Source: an uncultured Aliarcobacter sp. (GTDB lineage: Bacteria > Campylobacterota > Campylobacteria > Campylobacterales > Arcobacteraceae). From it: 64,000 bases of DNA. Made by a program: the position numbers and the translations under genes. Positions within the stretch are counted from its first letter, which is position 1. The number at the start of each line of letters is the position of its first letter. The stretch covers positions 1,984,001 to 2,048,000 of the forward strand of contig OY781945.1 in assembly GCA_963677435.1 (NCBI GenBank), read 5' to 3'. This document shows, piece by piece, positions 49,228-59,931 of this stretch. The notes below the pieces were generated by a model. The model saw only the letters and a list, made by a program, of their open reading frames with translations. It was not told where the DNA came from and made no database searches.

Positions 49228-50502
49228 ATGATTATTAAATATAAACAATTACTACTTCTTTTGGCTTCAATGATGTTATTTACTGCTTGTTCAATAAAAG
49301 AGCCAATTATTCAAGCAAATAATAGTGATATCAATAATTTAGCTAAACAAGCTAATGATGACTTTATGGATCAAAACAAAGCTGCTGCTGATTATTTTAA
49401 TAAATATTTCAAACCTTGGAGTGCATCAAAAGTTTCATACTCTAAACTTGAAGCTATGTGGGGACAATCTTATAAAAACAAAACTGTTTATTTAGAAAAT
49501 CACCGAATTGCCACATCTGAATGGTTTGATAAACAAATAGCTAACTCAAATTTTGATGAATATAATGTTGAGCCTAAAAAAGCAATTATGTTAAAAAATG
49601 CAAATGTAAGAGTTCTTCCTACAAACTCTCCAATGTTTTATGACCCAACAAAACCAGGAGAAGGTTTTCCTTTTGATTATAATCAAAACTCTTTAATTAA
49701 AATCAATACACCAATAATAGTTTCTCACCTTTCAAAAGATAGAGCTTGGGCTTATATGGAATCAAGTGCAGTTGGTGGTTGGGTTGAGATAAATAGTATT
49801 GCTTTTGTTGATGATAAATTCATAAAAGAGTTTAAAAATTCAAATTATTTTATATCAGTAAAAGAAAAATTTCCAATTTATGACCCGATTTTTAGAGAAT
49901 ATGTAAAAGTTGCTACTATTTTCCCAAAAGAAAATGATAAATATATTATTGCAAAAAAAGATGATAATCAAAATGCTCGTATTTCATATATCAATTTAAA
50001 TGCAGATGAAGTTGAAGCAATGCCACTTGTATTTAATACTCAAAATAGAATCAAAATTGCAGAACAATTAATAAATGAACCTTATGGATGGGGTGGATTA
50101 TTAAATAATAGAGATTGTTCAAGTTTTACACAAGATTATTTCGCAACTTTTGGAAAATACTTACATAGAAATTCAAAATCACAAATATCAAATGGAAAAT
50201 ATCTTGATATGTCAAAATTAACAAATGATGAGAAAAAAGAGTTTATTAGAAAAAATGGTGTTCCTTTCTCAACTTTAGTATATTTAAAAGGTCATATTAT
50301 GCTTTATATTGGACTTAAAGATAATGAACCTTTAGTTTTACACGATATGTGGAGTGTGAGATTAAAAGATAGTGATGGAAATAAATATAGACATATTATT
50401 GGAAGAACATCTGTTACAACTTTAGAACCAGGTAAAGGTATGAAAGATTATACAAATGAGAGTAATATTTTAAATAGAGTTTTAGGAATAGTTGTTTTAT
50501 AA
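49228..50502 (+). CDS. NlpC/P60 lipoprotein with SH3 domains (cell-wall peptidase)
   Basis: Lipobox FTAC, PYGWGG, RDCSSF, RNS, GHIMLY. Confidence 0.88.
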   Translation: MIIKYKQLLLLLASMMLFTACSIKEPIIQANNSDINNLAKQANDDFMDQNKAAADYFNKYFKPWSASKVSYSKLEAMWGQSYKNKTVYLENHRIATSEWFDKQIANSNFDEYNVEPKKAIMLKNANVRVLPTNSPMFYDPTKPGEGFPFDYNQNSLIKINTPIIVSHLSKDRAWAYMESSAVGGWVEINSIAFVDDKFIKEFKNSNYFISVKEKFPIYDPIFREYVKVATIFPKENDKYIIAKKDDNQNARISYINLNADEVEAMPLVFNTQNRIKIAEQLINEPYGWGGLLNNRDCSSFTQDYFATFGKYLHRNSKSQISNGKYLDMSKLTNDEKKEFIRKNGVPFSTLVYLKGHIMLYIGLKDNEPLVLHDMWSVRLKDSDGNKYRHIIGRTSVTTLEPGKGMKDYTNESNILNRVLGIVVL

Positions 50503-50535
50503 GCTTTAGAGTTTTAAAAACTCTAAAGCTTATAA
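50497..50535. terminator. bidirectional terminator
   Basis: TTATAAGCTTTAGAGTTTT-a-AAAACTCTAAAGCTTATAA between convergent genes. Confidence 0.75.
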
Positions 50536-53500
50536 CTAATCAATAGCTTTTCTTAAATATATAATTCTATAAACCATTGGTACAAAGTATAGATTTAAAA
50601 CCGTAGCCCATAAAATTCCGAAACCTAAAGAAACAGCCATTGGCTGAAGAATTAAAGCCTGTCCTGAAGCAAAAAATATCAAGGTAAAAAGTCCTAAAAT
50701 TGTAGTTATCGAAGTTAACAAGATAGGTCTTAGTCTCATTTTTGCATATTCTAGTAACTCTTTTATATTTTTTGCTTTTTTAATAAAATCCATCATAATA
50801 ATTCCATCATTTACAATAACACCTGCAAGACCAATCATTCCAATTAAACTTGGCATGGAAATATTGATTCCCATAATGATATGGCCTATTAAAACGCCCA
50901 GAATTGACAAAGGAATAGTACTTAGAATAATCAAAGGCATTACAATAGAATCAAACATCCAAATAAGTGCCATAAATATTAAAACTATTGCAATTAATGC
51001 TGCTTGTCCCATTTCCCTTTGAACTTTTTCATTCTCTTTTTGTTCACCTTTTATATCAAGAGTTACTTTTTTTCTTAATTGTATAATCTCATCATCTATT
51101 TTTTCAAATAATTCTGTTGAAGTTATTTTATTTAAAGAGGCTGTTACACTTACAATTTGTTCATTATTTTCTTTAAAAATCTGAGAATATGATGGGCTTT
51201 GTATAAACTCTACAACATCTTTTAGCAATACCTTTTGATTAGATGGTGTTGTTATAGAAAAAGTATCTAAACTATCTATCACATCTTTGTGAGCACTTTC
51301 AAAAATAACATCAACAATTCCCTTATCATCAAACATTTTTGAATAAGTTCCTTTTAGATAAAAAGGTCTTAATTGATTTAAAATTGTCTCTTCAGAAACT
51401 CCCAAACTATTTCCATAAGAGTTAACTTTAAACTTTAATTCATAATTTCCAATTATTAAATCATCTGCTATATTTGATACACCTTGCACTTTTGAAAGAG
51501 TATTTTTTAACTCTTTTACTGCATTTATAATCTCTTCTTTTTTACCTGAAATTGCAATTTCCACATCATTTTTTACAATTCCAGCTTGGGGAACAAATAC
51601 TTTTAAATCTTCAAATTTATTGGATTTTATATCTGCATCTAAAAGTTTTTTTAACTCTTCTTCTATTTGCTGTGCGCTTGCAGTTCTAATCATATTTGAA
51701 TCGTCATATTTGGGAGATAAATATGGATTTATATATTTATCAAATATATTATCAGCTGCTCTTTCATTTAAATTTACAAAAATATGGAAATAAAATTCCT
51801 CATAATGAGGTTGATTTTGTCCATCAAGTTTCATTCCAGTTACAGAACTAATTGAACTTATACTATTTTTAAAATCCAAAGAATTTAACATCTTCTTTTC
51901 AAGATTTAAAACTAAGGCTTCTGTTTGTTCTATTTTTTTACCAACACCAACTGATCCTGTTATATAGATTTGTGTTGAATCAAAAGATGGCATAAATTTA
52001 AATTTTTGCGTTTTAAATATCATCACAGAAAAAACAGCAATAAGTCCTATCATTAAAAATATTGTAAAATATTTTCCTTTTAATAAAAAAGCTAAAATAT
52101 TTCCATAAAGATTATAATTAAACTCCCAAACTTTATGGGATTTTCTCTCAGCTTTATTTACTCGTAAAATCTCTTTTGCATGTAAAGGTAAAAAGAAAAA
52201 GGCTTCAAATAGGGAACTAAGAAGTAAAATACTTATCATTATTGGAAGTATTTGCATAAATTTTCCAACTTCACCAGTCATTAACAGTATTGGTAAAAAA
52301 GCAAATATTGTCGTTGCAGTTGCAGTTAAAACAGCAGGATACATCTCAATAGCACCGTCCCTTGCTGCTGTAAATCTATCTTTCCCCATTTCTAGGTGTC
52401 TGTAGATATTTTCACCCACAACAATAGCTTCATCAACTAACATTCCTAAAGCAATCAAAGCCCCTAAAAGTGAGAGCATATTTAAACTATATCCTAAATA
52501 TTCAGCACTAATAAGTCCAATCATAAAAGATGTAGGAATTCCAATAGCAACAACAATCGCAATTCTTAAATTTATGAAAAAATATAAAGCAATAAAAAGT
52601 AAAGTAAGCCCAAATAATATATTTGAAACAACTGTATTTAGTCTATTTTTAATCCAAATAGAAGTATCAATATAAGTATCAAATTTTAGATTTGTATATT
52701 TTGCTTCAAACTCTTTTGTGACTTGTTTTATTTGTTTAACAAGCTCAATAGCATCACCTTGTAAACCTTTATTTATTCCAACTGCAATATTTGTATTCCC
52801 ATTAAAGTGAGAGATATTTGATACATCTCCTAAAGTATATTTTACATTTGCTACATCTTTTAGATATATGGTTTTACCATCTATTTTTATCATAGTATTT
52901 CTGATTTTTTCTATATCTTTTTCACCATTAAAAGTAGAAAGATAATAGTGTCTTGAAGTATCTTTTATCATTCCAATTGGAAAAATAGAACTTAAATTTG
53001 AAATAGCATTAATAACAGAGATTTTAGTTAAACCATAAGCATTTATTTTTTCATCATCAAAACTCATTAATAACTCTTTATCACTTTCACCCAAAACTGA
53101 AACTTGTGATAAATCTTTTAATTGCATTACTTTTGATTTTACTTCTTTAGCAATATCAATTAAATACTCTTTTGAATCATTATTTTTAGAATAAACAGCA
53201 ACTGTAATCAAAGGAAAAGCATGTTCAACAGCTTTTACAGTTGGTTCATCCATATCAGAGGGAAGATTTGTTTTGATTTTTGTAATAATATCTTTTACAT
53301 CATCTAAAATATCTTTTGCTTTATAACCATCTTTTAAATCCACATTTATTGAAAAACTACCATTTTTTATTGTTGAAGAAATTTTATCTGCACTACTTAA
53401 ACCAAGAAGTTCATCTTCAATATCTGAAACAGCGATTTTATCAAGTAACTCAGAACTAGCTCCACTATAATGGCCATTTATTACAACAGCATCTAAAGCA

Positions 53501-53625
53501 GAAGGAGGGAAAATTTCTTTTGGTATTTTAAAATAAGAGAAAAAAGCGAGTAAACAAATAAAAAATAGAATGAAATGATTTAAAAGAGGTTTTCTTAATG
53601 AAAATTCAATAAGATTTTTTATCAT
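50536..53625 (-). CDS. RND efflux permease (AcrB/D/F family)
   Basis: 1029 aa; GMLVDEAIVVGENI, RLRPILLTSITT. Confidence 0.92.
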   Translation of the reverse strand: MIKNLIEFSLRKPLLNHFILFFICLLAFFSYFKIPKEIFPPSALDAVVINGHYSGASSELLDKIAVSDIEDELLGLSSADKISSTIKNGSFSINVDLKDGYKAKDILDDVKDIITKIKTNLPSDMDEPTVKAVEHAFPLITVAVYSKNNDSKEYLIDIAKEVKSKVMQLKDLSQVSVLGESDKELLMSFDDEKINAYGLTKISVINAISNLSSIFPIGMIKDTSRHYYLSTFNGEKDIEKIRNTMIKIDGKTIYLKDVANVKYTLGDVSNISHFNGNTNIAVGINKGLQGDAIELVKQIKQVTKEFEAKYTNLKFDTYIDTSIWIKNRLNTVVSNILFGLTLLFIALYFFINLRIAIVVAIGIPTSFMIGLISAEYLGYSLNMLSLLGALIALGMLVDEAIVVGENIYRHLEMGKDRFTAARDGAIEMYPAVLTATATTIFAFLPILLMTGEVGKFMQILPIMISILLLSSLFEAFFFLPLHAKEILRVNKAERKSHKVWEFNYNLYGNILAFLLKGKYFTIFLMIGLIAVFSVMIFKTQKFKFMPSFDSTQIYITGSVGVGKKIEQTEALVLNLEKKMLNSLDFKNSISSISSVTGMKLDGQNQPHYEEFYFHIFVNLNERAADNIFDKYINPYLSPKYDDSNMIRTASAQQIEEELKKLLDADIKSNKFEDLKVFVPQAGIVKNDVEIAISGKKEEIINAVKELKNTLSKVQGVSNIADDLIIGNYELKFKVNSYGNSLGVSEETILNQLRPFYLKGTYSKMFDDKGIVDVIFESAHKDVIDSLDTFSITTPSNQKVLLKDVVEFIQSPSYSQIFKENNEQIVSVTASLNKITSTELFEKIDDEIIQLRKKVTLDIKGEQKENEKVQREMGQAALIAIVLIFMALIWMFDSIVMPLIILSTIPLSILGVLIGHIIMGINISMPSLIGMIGLAGVIVNDGIIMMDFIKKAKNIKELLEYAKMRLRPILLTSITTILGLFTLIFFASGQALILQPMAVSLGFGILWATVLNLYFVPMVYRIIYLRKAID

Positions 53626-53876
53626 TTCTTCTGATCCAATGGATTAAATAACAAAGAGTCAATAATCTGATTTTTGAACTTCATATCTTCTAGTTGTTGA
53701 GATAAAAAAGTATTTTCTTCTTGTAAAGATATATAGTGCGCATATAATTTATTTATATCTTTACTTGTGTAATAAATATTATTTCTTAAATATATCTTTG
53801 GAAAATATAAAAATAACGCAATAAATAATAGTGTAAAAACCATTATTAATGAATTACGAGAATTTAACTTAGTCAA
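53622..53876 (-). CDS. FtsL-like small membrane protein
   Basis: TM plus coiled coil directly downstream of rsmH. Confidence 0.6.
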   Translation of the reverse strand: MTKLNSRNSLIMVFTLLFIALFLYFPKIYLRNNIYYTSKDINKLYAHYISLQEENTFLSQQLEDMKFKNQIIDSLLFNPLDQKK

Positions 53877-54771
53877 ATTTGAAAATCCTTAGTTTAGAAC
53901 TTCTACTTCTTGGATTTTGTTTAATCTCAAGTGCAGTTGGAATTATAGGTTTTTTTGTGATAATTTTACCTAAAGCGTGATTATTTCCACATTCACACCT
54001 AAAAATACCCTCTGGACAGATACATGATTTTGTCCATTTTTTAAAGTAATTCTTAACGATTCTATCTTCTAAAGAGTGAAAAGAGATGATAGCTACTATA
54101 CAATTTTTAAATTTTGCTTTTTCTAATGAATCAAAAAGTCGCTCTAAAACTCCTAATTCATCATTTACTTCAATTCTAATTCCTTGAAAAGGTAAAGTTG
54201 CTGGATGAATTTTCCCTTTTGACATTTTTTTGCTTAAAAGTTCTGAAATCTCTTTTGCACTTGTAAATGGTCTATTATTTACAATTAATGAAGCAACTTT
54301 TTTATATTCTCTCACTTCTCCACATTCCTTGAAAACTCTTTCAAGTTCACTTGTAGAATAAGTATTTACAACCGTTGCTGCATCTAAAGCTTGATTTTGA
54401 TTCATTCTCATATCTAAGGTAAGACTATCAAATCCAAAACCACGCTCTAATTTATCAAGTTGTAAAGAAGATACTCCAATATCAGCTAAAACACCTCTTA
54501 TTTCATAATCTTTAAAAGTATCAATAACATGTTCAAAATTACCTTTATTGAAAATCACCCTATTTTCAAAAGGAGCTAATCTATTTTTACTAAATTCTAA
54601 AGCTTCATCATCTTGATCATTACAAATTAATTTTACGTTTTGGTTTGAAGCTAATAATCCACTACTATGACCTGCAAATCCAGTTGTACAATCTATTATA
54701 TACCCATTATCTATATTTACGAAAGCTTCTAATGTTTCATTATATAAAACAGGTATGTGTGGAATATTCAT
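53869..54771 (-). CDS. rsmH: 16S rRNA m4C1402 methyltransferase
   Basis: HIPVL, DCTTGFAGHS, DIGVSSLQLD, SFHSLEDRIVK, NPRSRSSKLR. Confidence 0.96.
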   Translation of the reverse strand: MNIPHIPVLYNETLEAFVNIDNGYIIDCTTGFAGHSSGLLASNQNVKLICNDQDDEALEFSKNRLAPFENRVIFNKGNFEHVIDTFKDYEIRGVLADIGVSSLQLDKLERGFGFDSLTLDMRMNQNQALDAATVVNTYSTSELERVFKECGEVREYKKVASLIVNNRPFTSAKEISELLSKKMSKGKIHPATLPFQGIRIEVNDELGVLERLFDSLEKAKFKNCIVAIISFHSLEDRIVKNYFKKWTKSCICPEGIFRCECGNNHALGKIITKKPIIPTALEIKQNPRSRSSKLRIFKFD

Positions 54772-54831
54772 TAAAACGGTCCTTATTTAAATTGCAGTAT
54801 AATATCTAAAAATATATTCAAGGCTTTTAAA

Positions 54832-55410
54832 ATGATTGATAAAGATGTCGTAAAGTTACTTTCAGATTTATCCCTAACAATGTTTAGTAAAAACTTTTTT
54901 GGTATTTATCATGGTGCAATCTCTGCAAAGTTAGATCAATACAATTTTACAATAAATACAAGTGATGCAATTTTTGATAAAATGGATGAAAAATCACTTT
55001 GTACTTTAAATATAAATAAGCAAGATTATAGATGGAATATTGCAAGTATAGAGTCTCACATTCACGCCACAATATATGCAAATATCCATGAAGCCAAATA
55101 TATAGCTTTTGGAATGCCAATTTATACAACAGCATACACTTTTGAACATGATAAAGTAATTTTTGAAGATTTTTTTGGAAAAACAACTTTTGGAGAAATT
55201 TTAATATACGATCCAGGTGATTTTTCAACTTGGTATAAAAGAAATGCTTTAGAAATTACAAAATACTTAAAAGAATCTAAAAATAATCTAATGATTATAA
55301 AAGGAATTGGAACTTATGTTTACGATAGAGATGTAAATTCCCTTGTAAAAAAAATGGCCATTTTAGAAAATTCTTGTCGACTTTTGAGTATAAAAACCTC
55401 TTTTGAATGA
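54832..55410 (+). CDS. class II aldolase/adducin family protein
   Basis: GAIS, ASIESHIH..IY pattern; divergent from rsmH. Confidence 0.75.
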   Translation: MIDKDVVKLLSDLSLTMFSKNFFGIYHGAISAKLDQYNFTINTSDAIFDKMDEKSLCTLNINKQDYRWNIASIESHIHATIYANIHEAKYIAFGMPIYTTAYTFEHDKVIFEDFFGKTTFGEILIYDPGDFSTWYKRNALEITKYLKESKNNLMIIKGIGTYVYDRDVNSLVKKMAILENSCRLLSIKTSFE

Positions 55411-55531
55411 AAAAATATCAATTTTGATTATTTTTTTACTAAAATATTAAAGAAGTCCCCAAGTTTTAGCTATTTCAAAGCTTAAATACTATAAAGTTTT
55501 CCCAATTTAATTTTATACAAGGAGTTCATCC

Positions 55532-55810
55532 ATGAACAAAGCAGAATTTATTGACGCAGTAGCTGCAAAAGCTGGTTTATCTAAAAAAGATGCAAAAGGT
55601 GCAGTTGATGCTGTATTAGATACGATTACAGAATCATTAGTAAAAAATGAATCTGTAAGCTTTATTGGATTCGGAACATTCGCAACTGCTGCAAGAGCTG
55701 CGAGAACAGCTAAAGTTCCAGGAACTGACAAAACTGTTGATGTTGCAGCTACTACTGTTGCTAAATTTAAAGTTGGTAAAGCTTTAAAAGAAGCTGTAGC
55801 AGGTAAATAA
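55532..55810 (+). CDS. hup: DNA-binding protein HU
   Basis: MNKAEFI, IGFGTF, RAAR, KF..GKALKEAV. Confidence 0.95.
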   Translation: MNKAEFIDAVAAKAGLSKKDAKGAVDAVLDTITESLVKNESVSFIGFGTFATAARAARTAKVPGTDKTVDVAATTVAKFKVGKALKEAVAGK

Positions 55811-55823
55811 TCTCCTCTCTTCT

Positions 55824-55858
55824 AAAAAGGAATTCATTAATAATGAATTCCTTTTTTT
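55824..55858 (+). terminator. intrinsic terminator after hup
   Basis: AAAAAGGAATTCATT-aat-AATGAATTCCTTTTTTT. Confidence 0.8.
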
Positions 55859-55870
55859 GTTTTATATAAT

Positions 55871-55910
55871 GCCGCTATGGTGAAATGGTAGACACAAGGG
55901 ATTCAAAATC
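55871..55910 (+). pseudogene. 5' half of a tRNA-Leu, truncated in the anticodon arm (probable attL)
   Basis: GCCGCTATGGTGAAATGGTAGACACAAGGGATTCAAAATC, then non-tRNA sequence; expected TCCCT and T arm are missing. Confidence 0.8.
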
Positions 55911-56016
55911 TATCGTGCAAATGGTTTAAAAGCCCTAAAATAAGGCTTTTTTAGATGTTGGGTACATAAAAAAGGTACACAACTTATATAAAATTTACTG
56001 TTAAAACAACAAAAAT

Positions 56017-56100
56017 GGCTCCGTGGCGGAATTGGTAGACGCGTGTGATTCAAAATCATATTCCAATGGAGTGCCGGTTCGATTCCGGCCGGGGCTACCA
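56017..56100 (+). tRNA. tRNA-Leu(CAA), complete, CCA encoded
   Basis: Full cloverleaf: GGCTCCG/CGGGGCT acceptor, TGGTAGAC D loop, TGTGA-TTCAAAA-TCATA, long variable arm, GCCGG-TTCGATT-CCGGC, ACCA. Confidence 0.93.
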
Positions 56101-56146
56101 CTTTTTTATTCATTATAAAATCCCTATTTTACGAACTTCTAAACAA

Positions 56147-56341
56147 TCAAAGCGACACACAACTATTTTCATCAATATATCTAAGAACCTCTTCTCTTAA
56201 AATAAAATGCTTCACTCCAACTTTAAAAGATTTTAGTTTATTTTCTTTAATAAGCTTTTTTGCAGTTGAAACTTTCATAAATCCTAAACTTTCTAACTCT
56301 TTAAGTGAAAATGATATTCTTTTTGGTATTAGTTCTTCCAT
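56147..56341 (-). CDS. excisionase-like HTH_17 protein
   Basis: FSLKEL...VST.KKLIKENKLKSFKVG.KHFI.REEV; GGAG RBS before ATG 56341. Confidence 0.75.
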   Translation of the reverse strand: MEELIPKRISFSLKELESLGFMKVSTAKKLIKENKLKSFKVGVKHFILREEVLRYIDENSCVSL

Positions 56342-56507
56342 TTTTTTATCTCCATAATTTTCTTTTTTTGAAATCATAGTTAAAAAAATTCATTTTGTGA
56401 TTATTTGACACAGATAATCACAAAACCGTTTTTTCGTTATAAAATTCCACATCCATGGAAATAAATTTATAAGCTTATAAAGAAAAAAAGGAGCAAGGAA
56501 TGAGATT

Positions 56508-57167
56508 ATGAAAGTTAATCTTCAACAAAAAAAGAAAAATTTCACAATGGTAAGCAATATTATTGCCAAAGATAACACCATAAGTTTAAAAGCTAAAGGT
56601 ATGTGCTTGATATTGGTTCATTTTCCACAAGATTGGCATTTTTATGAAGAAAAACTTCAAGATTATGCAAGTGATGGAAAAACAGCCATATCAAATGCAC
56701 TCAAAGAGCTTGAAGTAAGCGGTTATCTTTTTAGAAAACAGCTAAGAGAAAAAGGAAGATTTTCAAATAAGCTTTGGATATTTAGTGATGAGAAATTAAG
56801 TAGTGAGGATTTAAAAGATTTTACCGAGATGAGAAAAACTGATGTCGGTAAAAACGATAACGGAAAACCGCTAGCTACTAATACTCACTCTAACCAAACT
56901 AAAGAGAGTAATAAAAAAAATACTCAAAAAAAGGGAAGAAAAAAAGCCTATTATGAGTTTGTCAATGTTTTAAAATCAAACGCAATGGAATATCCAAATC
57001 TAAAAGTTGTATTTGAAGATACCACATACTCATTTGTCAATAAAAATGGACAAATGCTTTTAAAAGATGAAGCAAGTGATATTGTACTTTCAAAAGTACA
57101 TGCAAGTAAGTTGTATCAAAAGATGGCAAATTCACTTAATGTGCAAATCATAAGGGGACAGAGATGA
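56508..57167 (+). CDS. replication initiator-like winged-HTH protein
   Basis: FTMVSN...ISLKAKG...DG..AI..ALKELE..GYL; internal 15-bp periodic repeats at 56833-56874. Confidence 0.65.
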   Translation: MKVNLQQKKKNFTMVSNIIAKDNTISLKAKGMCLILVHFPQDWHFYEEKLQDYASDGKTAISNALKELEVSGYLFRKQLREKGRFSNKLWIFSDEKLSSEDLKDFTEMRKTDVGKNDNGKPLATNTHSNQTKESNKKNTQKKGRKKAYYEFVNVLKSNAMEYPNLKVVFEDTTYSFVNKNGQMLLKDEASDIVLSKVHASKLYQKMANSLNVQIIRGQR

Positions 57168-57622
57168 GTTTAGATGATGAAAAAAGCATAGAAATCATCA
57201 CAAAATTTTCCCTTGAGATACAAAATCAAAACTTACGACTCTTTGCAAGGGTTGATTTACAAACGAAGTTACAAATATTGCAGCTTCAAAAACAACTGTT
57301 TCACAAACTAAAAAGTGCTCATAGTGATGTAGATAATGCAATTTTGACTCTATCATCACTTGTTTTAGCCATAGATTCAGTTGCAAAAGAGTTTGATAAT
57401 GTAAATCTCAATGCAATAAAACTTCGAGGCAAAAATAATAAAGCCAAAATAAAACGACAAAAGGTGCTTGGATATTGGGCGATAGTAAGAACTCTAAAGT
57501 TAGAACAAAACATGAGCTTTAGAGATATTGCAACTTACTTTGCCAAATATCATAAGCTTGAGGTGGCTCATACAACAATACATGGGCTATGGAAAGAACT
57601 AGAAAATAATGCAAATGTTTAG
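57164..57622 (+). CDS. hypothetical protein with C-terminal HTH
   Basis: MSFRDIATY...VAHTTIH; ATGA overlap with the upstream gene. Confidence 0.6.
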   Translation: MSLDDEKSIEIITKFSLEIQNQNLRLFARVDLQTKLQILQLQKQLFHKLKSAHSDVDNAILTLSSLVLAIDSVAKEFDNVNLNAIKLRGKNNKAKIKRQKVLGYWAIVRTLKLEQNMSFRDIATYFAKYHKLEVAHTTIHGLWKELENNANV

Positions 57623-57632
57623 GAGAAAATAG

Positions 57633-58229
57633 ATGTTAAATGAAGCTATAGAAACAAGAGGAAATAATGAGTTGGAGATAATGGTGATACCATTGTCAAA
57701 TAATGATATGATAAAGTTGGAGCTAAGATTTACAAATACCATTAAGAAAAAATATCTTCTTAGAGAGGCTCTACTTATTGATAATGAAGTAATCAGTGAA
57801 CAAGTTGATTTAGCTCAAATAAAGTCGTTTATGAAGAAATTTATCTATAACAAATTAAATAGTTCACATGAGAATAAATTATTTGAGTATGCTACGAAAC
57901 AAAATCCAAATGGAGATATTCTTAGATCATTAAAGCTAAAAAAACTACTTGGAGATAAGATTTATTTTAGTGAAGTGGAGATTGAAGCGATACTTAATAT
58001 TTGGCTTGATGCACTTGTAGGCTACAGTAAGATTAGAGTGTTTGATAAAAATATTGTTTTTTCAACAAATGATTATTATACATCACTTGATGATGGGATG
58101 ATTTTTACAGATGTAGATAGAAATATCAATAGTAAAATACTTCAAAACTTAGCATATAACGAATTTGACAAATCAACTATTATCGATATTCTTGAAAATG
58201 CAAAAGGTCGAAAATTAGAGTTACGATAA
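57633..58229 (+). CDS. hypothetical protein
   Basis: 198-aa ORF with AGGAG RBS. Confidence 0.6.
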   Translation: MLNEAIETRGNNELEIMVIPLSNNDMIKLELRFTNTIKKKYLLREALLIDNEVISEQVDLAQIKSFMKKFIYNKLNSSHENKLFEYATKQNPNGDILRSLKLKKLLGDKIYFSEVEIEAILNIWLDALVGYSKIRVFDKNIVFSTNDYYTSLDDGMIFTDVDRNINSKILQNLAYNEFDKSTIIDILENAKGRKLELR

Positions 58230-58758
58230 GCGAATTTTATGTTTTTTATGATGTTCAAACATTGTAAAAAATAGTGTTTTTTACAACTCAAAAATTCTTA
58301 ATAGGAAGTTCCTTTTTTAAGGGGCTTCCAAATACTTCCCTCAACAAAATAGAAACTGGAAAAAACAATCACTTTTACAAATTTTTTTCATAATAAATAT
58401 TGAACAATTTTTCATGCTATATTTTCGTATATCAATTTAAAAAAACTGATTAGGTGGAGCTCAAGAATCACTTACGAGTATTCTGTACCATCTCAACCAA
58501 AAGAGCGTCAAAAGATTTTGATTTCCTTTGATTTAGAAATTTTTTGCACTACCAAAAATCAAAGAAGAGTGGCAAGCTTTGACCTGCTAGTACAAGTTTT
58601 AAAATATATTATAAGTTTTTACCTCTAACTGGTATTGTACAAAATGTTAGCGATTTAGATGCAAAAATCGAAAAATAAATGCAGATTGACTAAACAATTT
58701 TTTGCCTATGATAGAGGCTGAAACTATCAAAACTAAAATTAATAAAGGATAGTTTTTT

Positions 58759-59678
58759 TGAGAGGAAGTGTTTACTATCAAAGCTCACAACTAGCCAAAC
58801 AAATCTTTGAATCTGGTGCTAAAAAAGAGGATAGAATCAATCCAAACCATGAGCATTTTCAAAAGATTGCAAGCTATAAAACTATGGAGAGTTATAGAAG
58901 TATTTGGAACAACTTTTTTAACTATTTAAAAGAGCATTGGGGTATAAAAGATTTTGAAAAAATAGAATCACAACATATCCATGCATATATGGATTATAAA
59001 ATAGAATACTACCCCTCAAAACAATATCTTGAGAAAATAAGTGCAGCACTAGGTAAACTTGAAATTGCTCTAAAACTCTTCGCAAAAAATATTCATAATG
59101 AGATTAGAAAGTATGATTTTTCAATCCGCCAAACTCTTTTAGATGAAGCACGAAATTTAAAATATGTGGCTAACAATTATCATAACCGTGCCTATAAAAA
59201 TCCACTACTTTTAATTGAAAGTCTCAACAATCCGCTGCATAAATTAGCAGCAAAAATTCAATATGAGGGTGGTGCAAGAATTGAAGGTGTGGCACTTATT
59301 AAGCCTGAACAACTTCTTGGAACTAAAATAGATACTATCACAAATACTCAAAAAGGGATTATCTTTACAAAAGAAAAAGGTGGCAAAGAGGGAGAAGTTT
59401 TAATATCACTTGAAACTTATAACGAACTAGAAAATTATCTATCTTTGCATCCAAAATTTAAAATCAACCGTCAAGCTTATTATGAAGATATCAAACAATC
59501 TGCACTTTTATCGGATGAAGCCCCAGAAGCAAGTCATGGTTTACGATGGAATTTTGCAAAAAGAAGAATGCTTGAATATGCCAAAGCTGGATACTCTTAT
59601 GCCCAGTCACTTCAAGAAGTCAGCTATGAAATGAAGCATAATCGAGCAGGTATTACAGAGCATTATTTAGGTGGCTAA
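58759..59678 (+). CDS. tyrosine recombinase-family protein (plasmid/ICE type, no arm-binding domain)
   Basis: GAR, KGGK, HGLR, KHNR, HYL catalytic residues. Confidence 0.82.
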
Positions 59679-59733
59679 ATCTTGACAAAAACTCATATTT
59701 TTGTAAAATATCTTCAAAAAAAAGGAAACAAAA

Positions 59734-59931
59734 ATGCTTATAATTAAAGAATATTTAACAGCTGTAAAACTAGATGAAGAAAACAACCTCCTATTCGCCT
59801 ATGACATCAAAGACAACATCATGGATGAACAAAGCGAAGGAATTTTAAGTGAAGTAAATGAGCTAATGTATCAAAAAATTGCATCACATTTTAATATTAA
59901 GCCTGAAAATTATGGAGTGCAAATTGGTTGA
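59734..59931 (+). CDS. small hypothetical protein
   Basis: 65 aa; AAGGA RBS; TTGACA..TAAAAT promoter-like sequence upstream. Confidence 0.55.
   Translation: MLIIKEYLTAVKLDEENNLLFAYDIKDNIMDEQSEGILSEVNELMYQKIASHFNIKPENYGVQIG

Noticed and set aside
50536..53625. Orphan RND permease as a novel system
   Set aside because: Partners are often encoded elsewhere; it sits in core context with no further signal
56116..56125. TAAAATCCCT as the missing continuation of the broken tRNA
   Set aside because: No variable arm, T arm or acceptor strand follows
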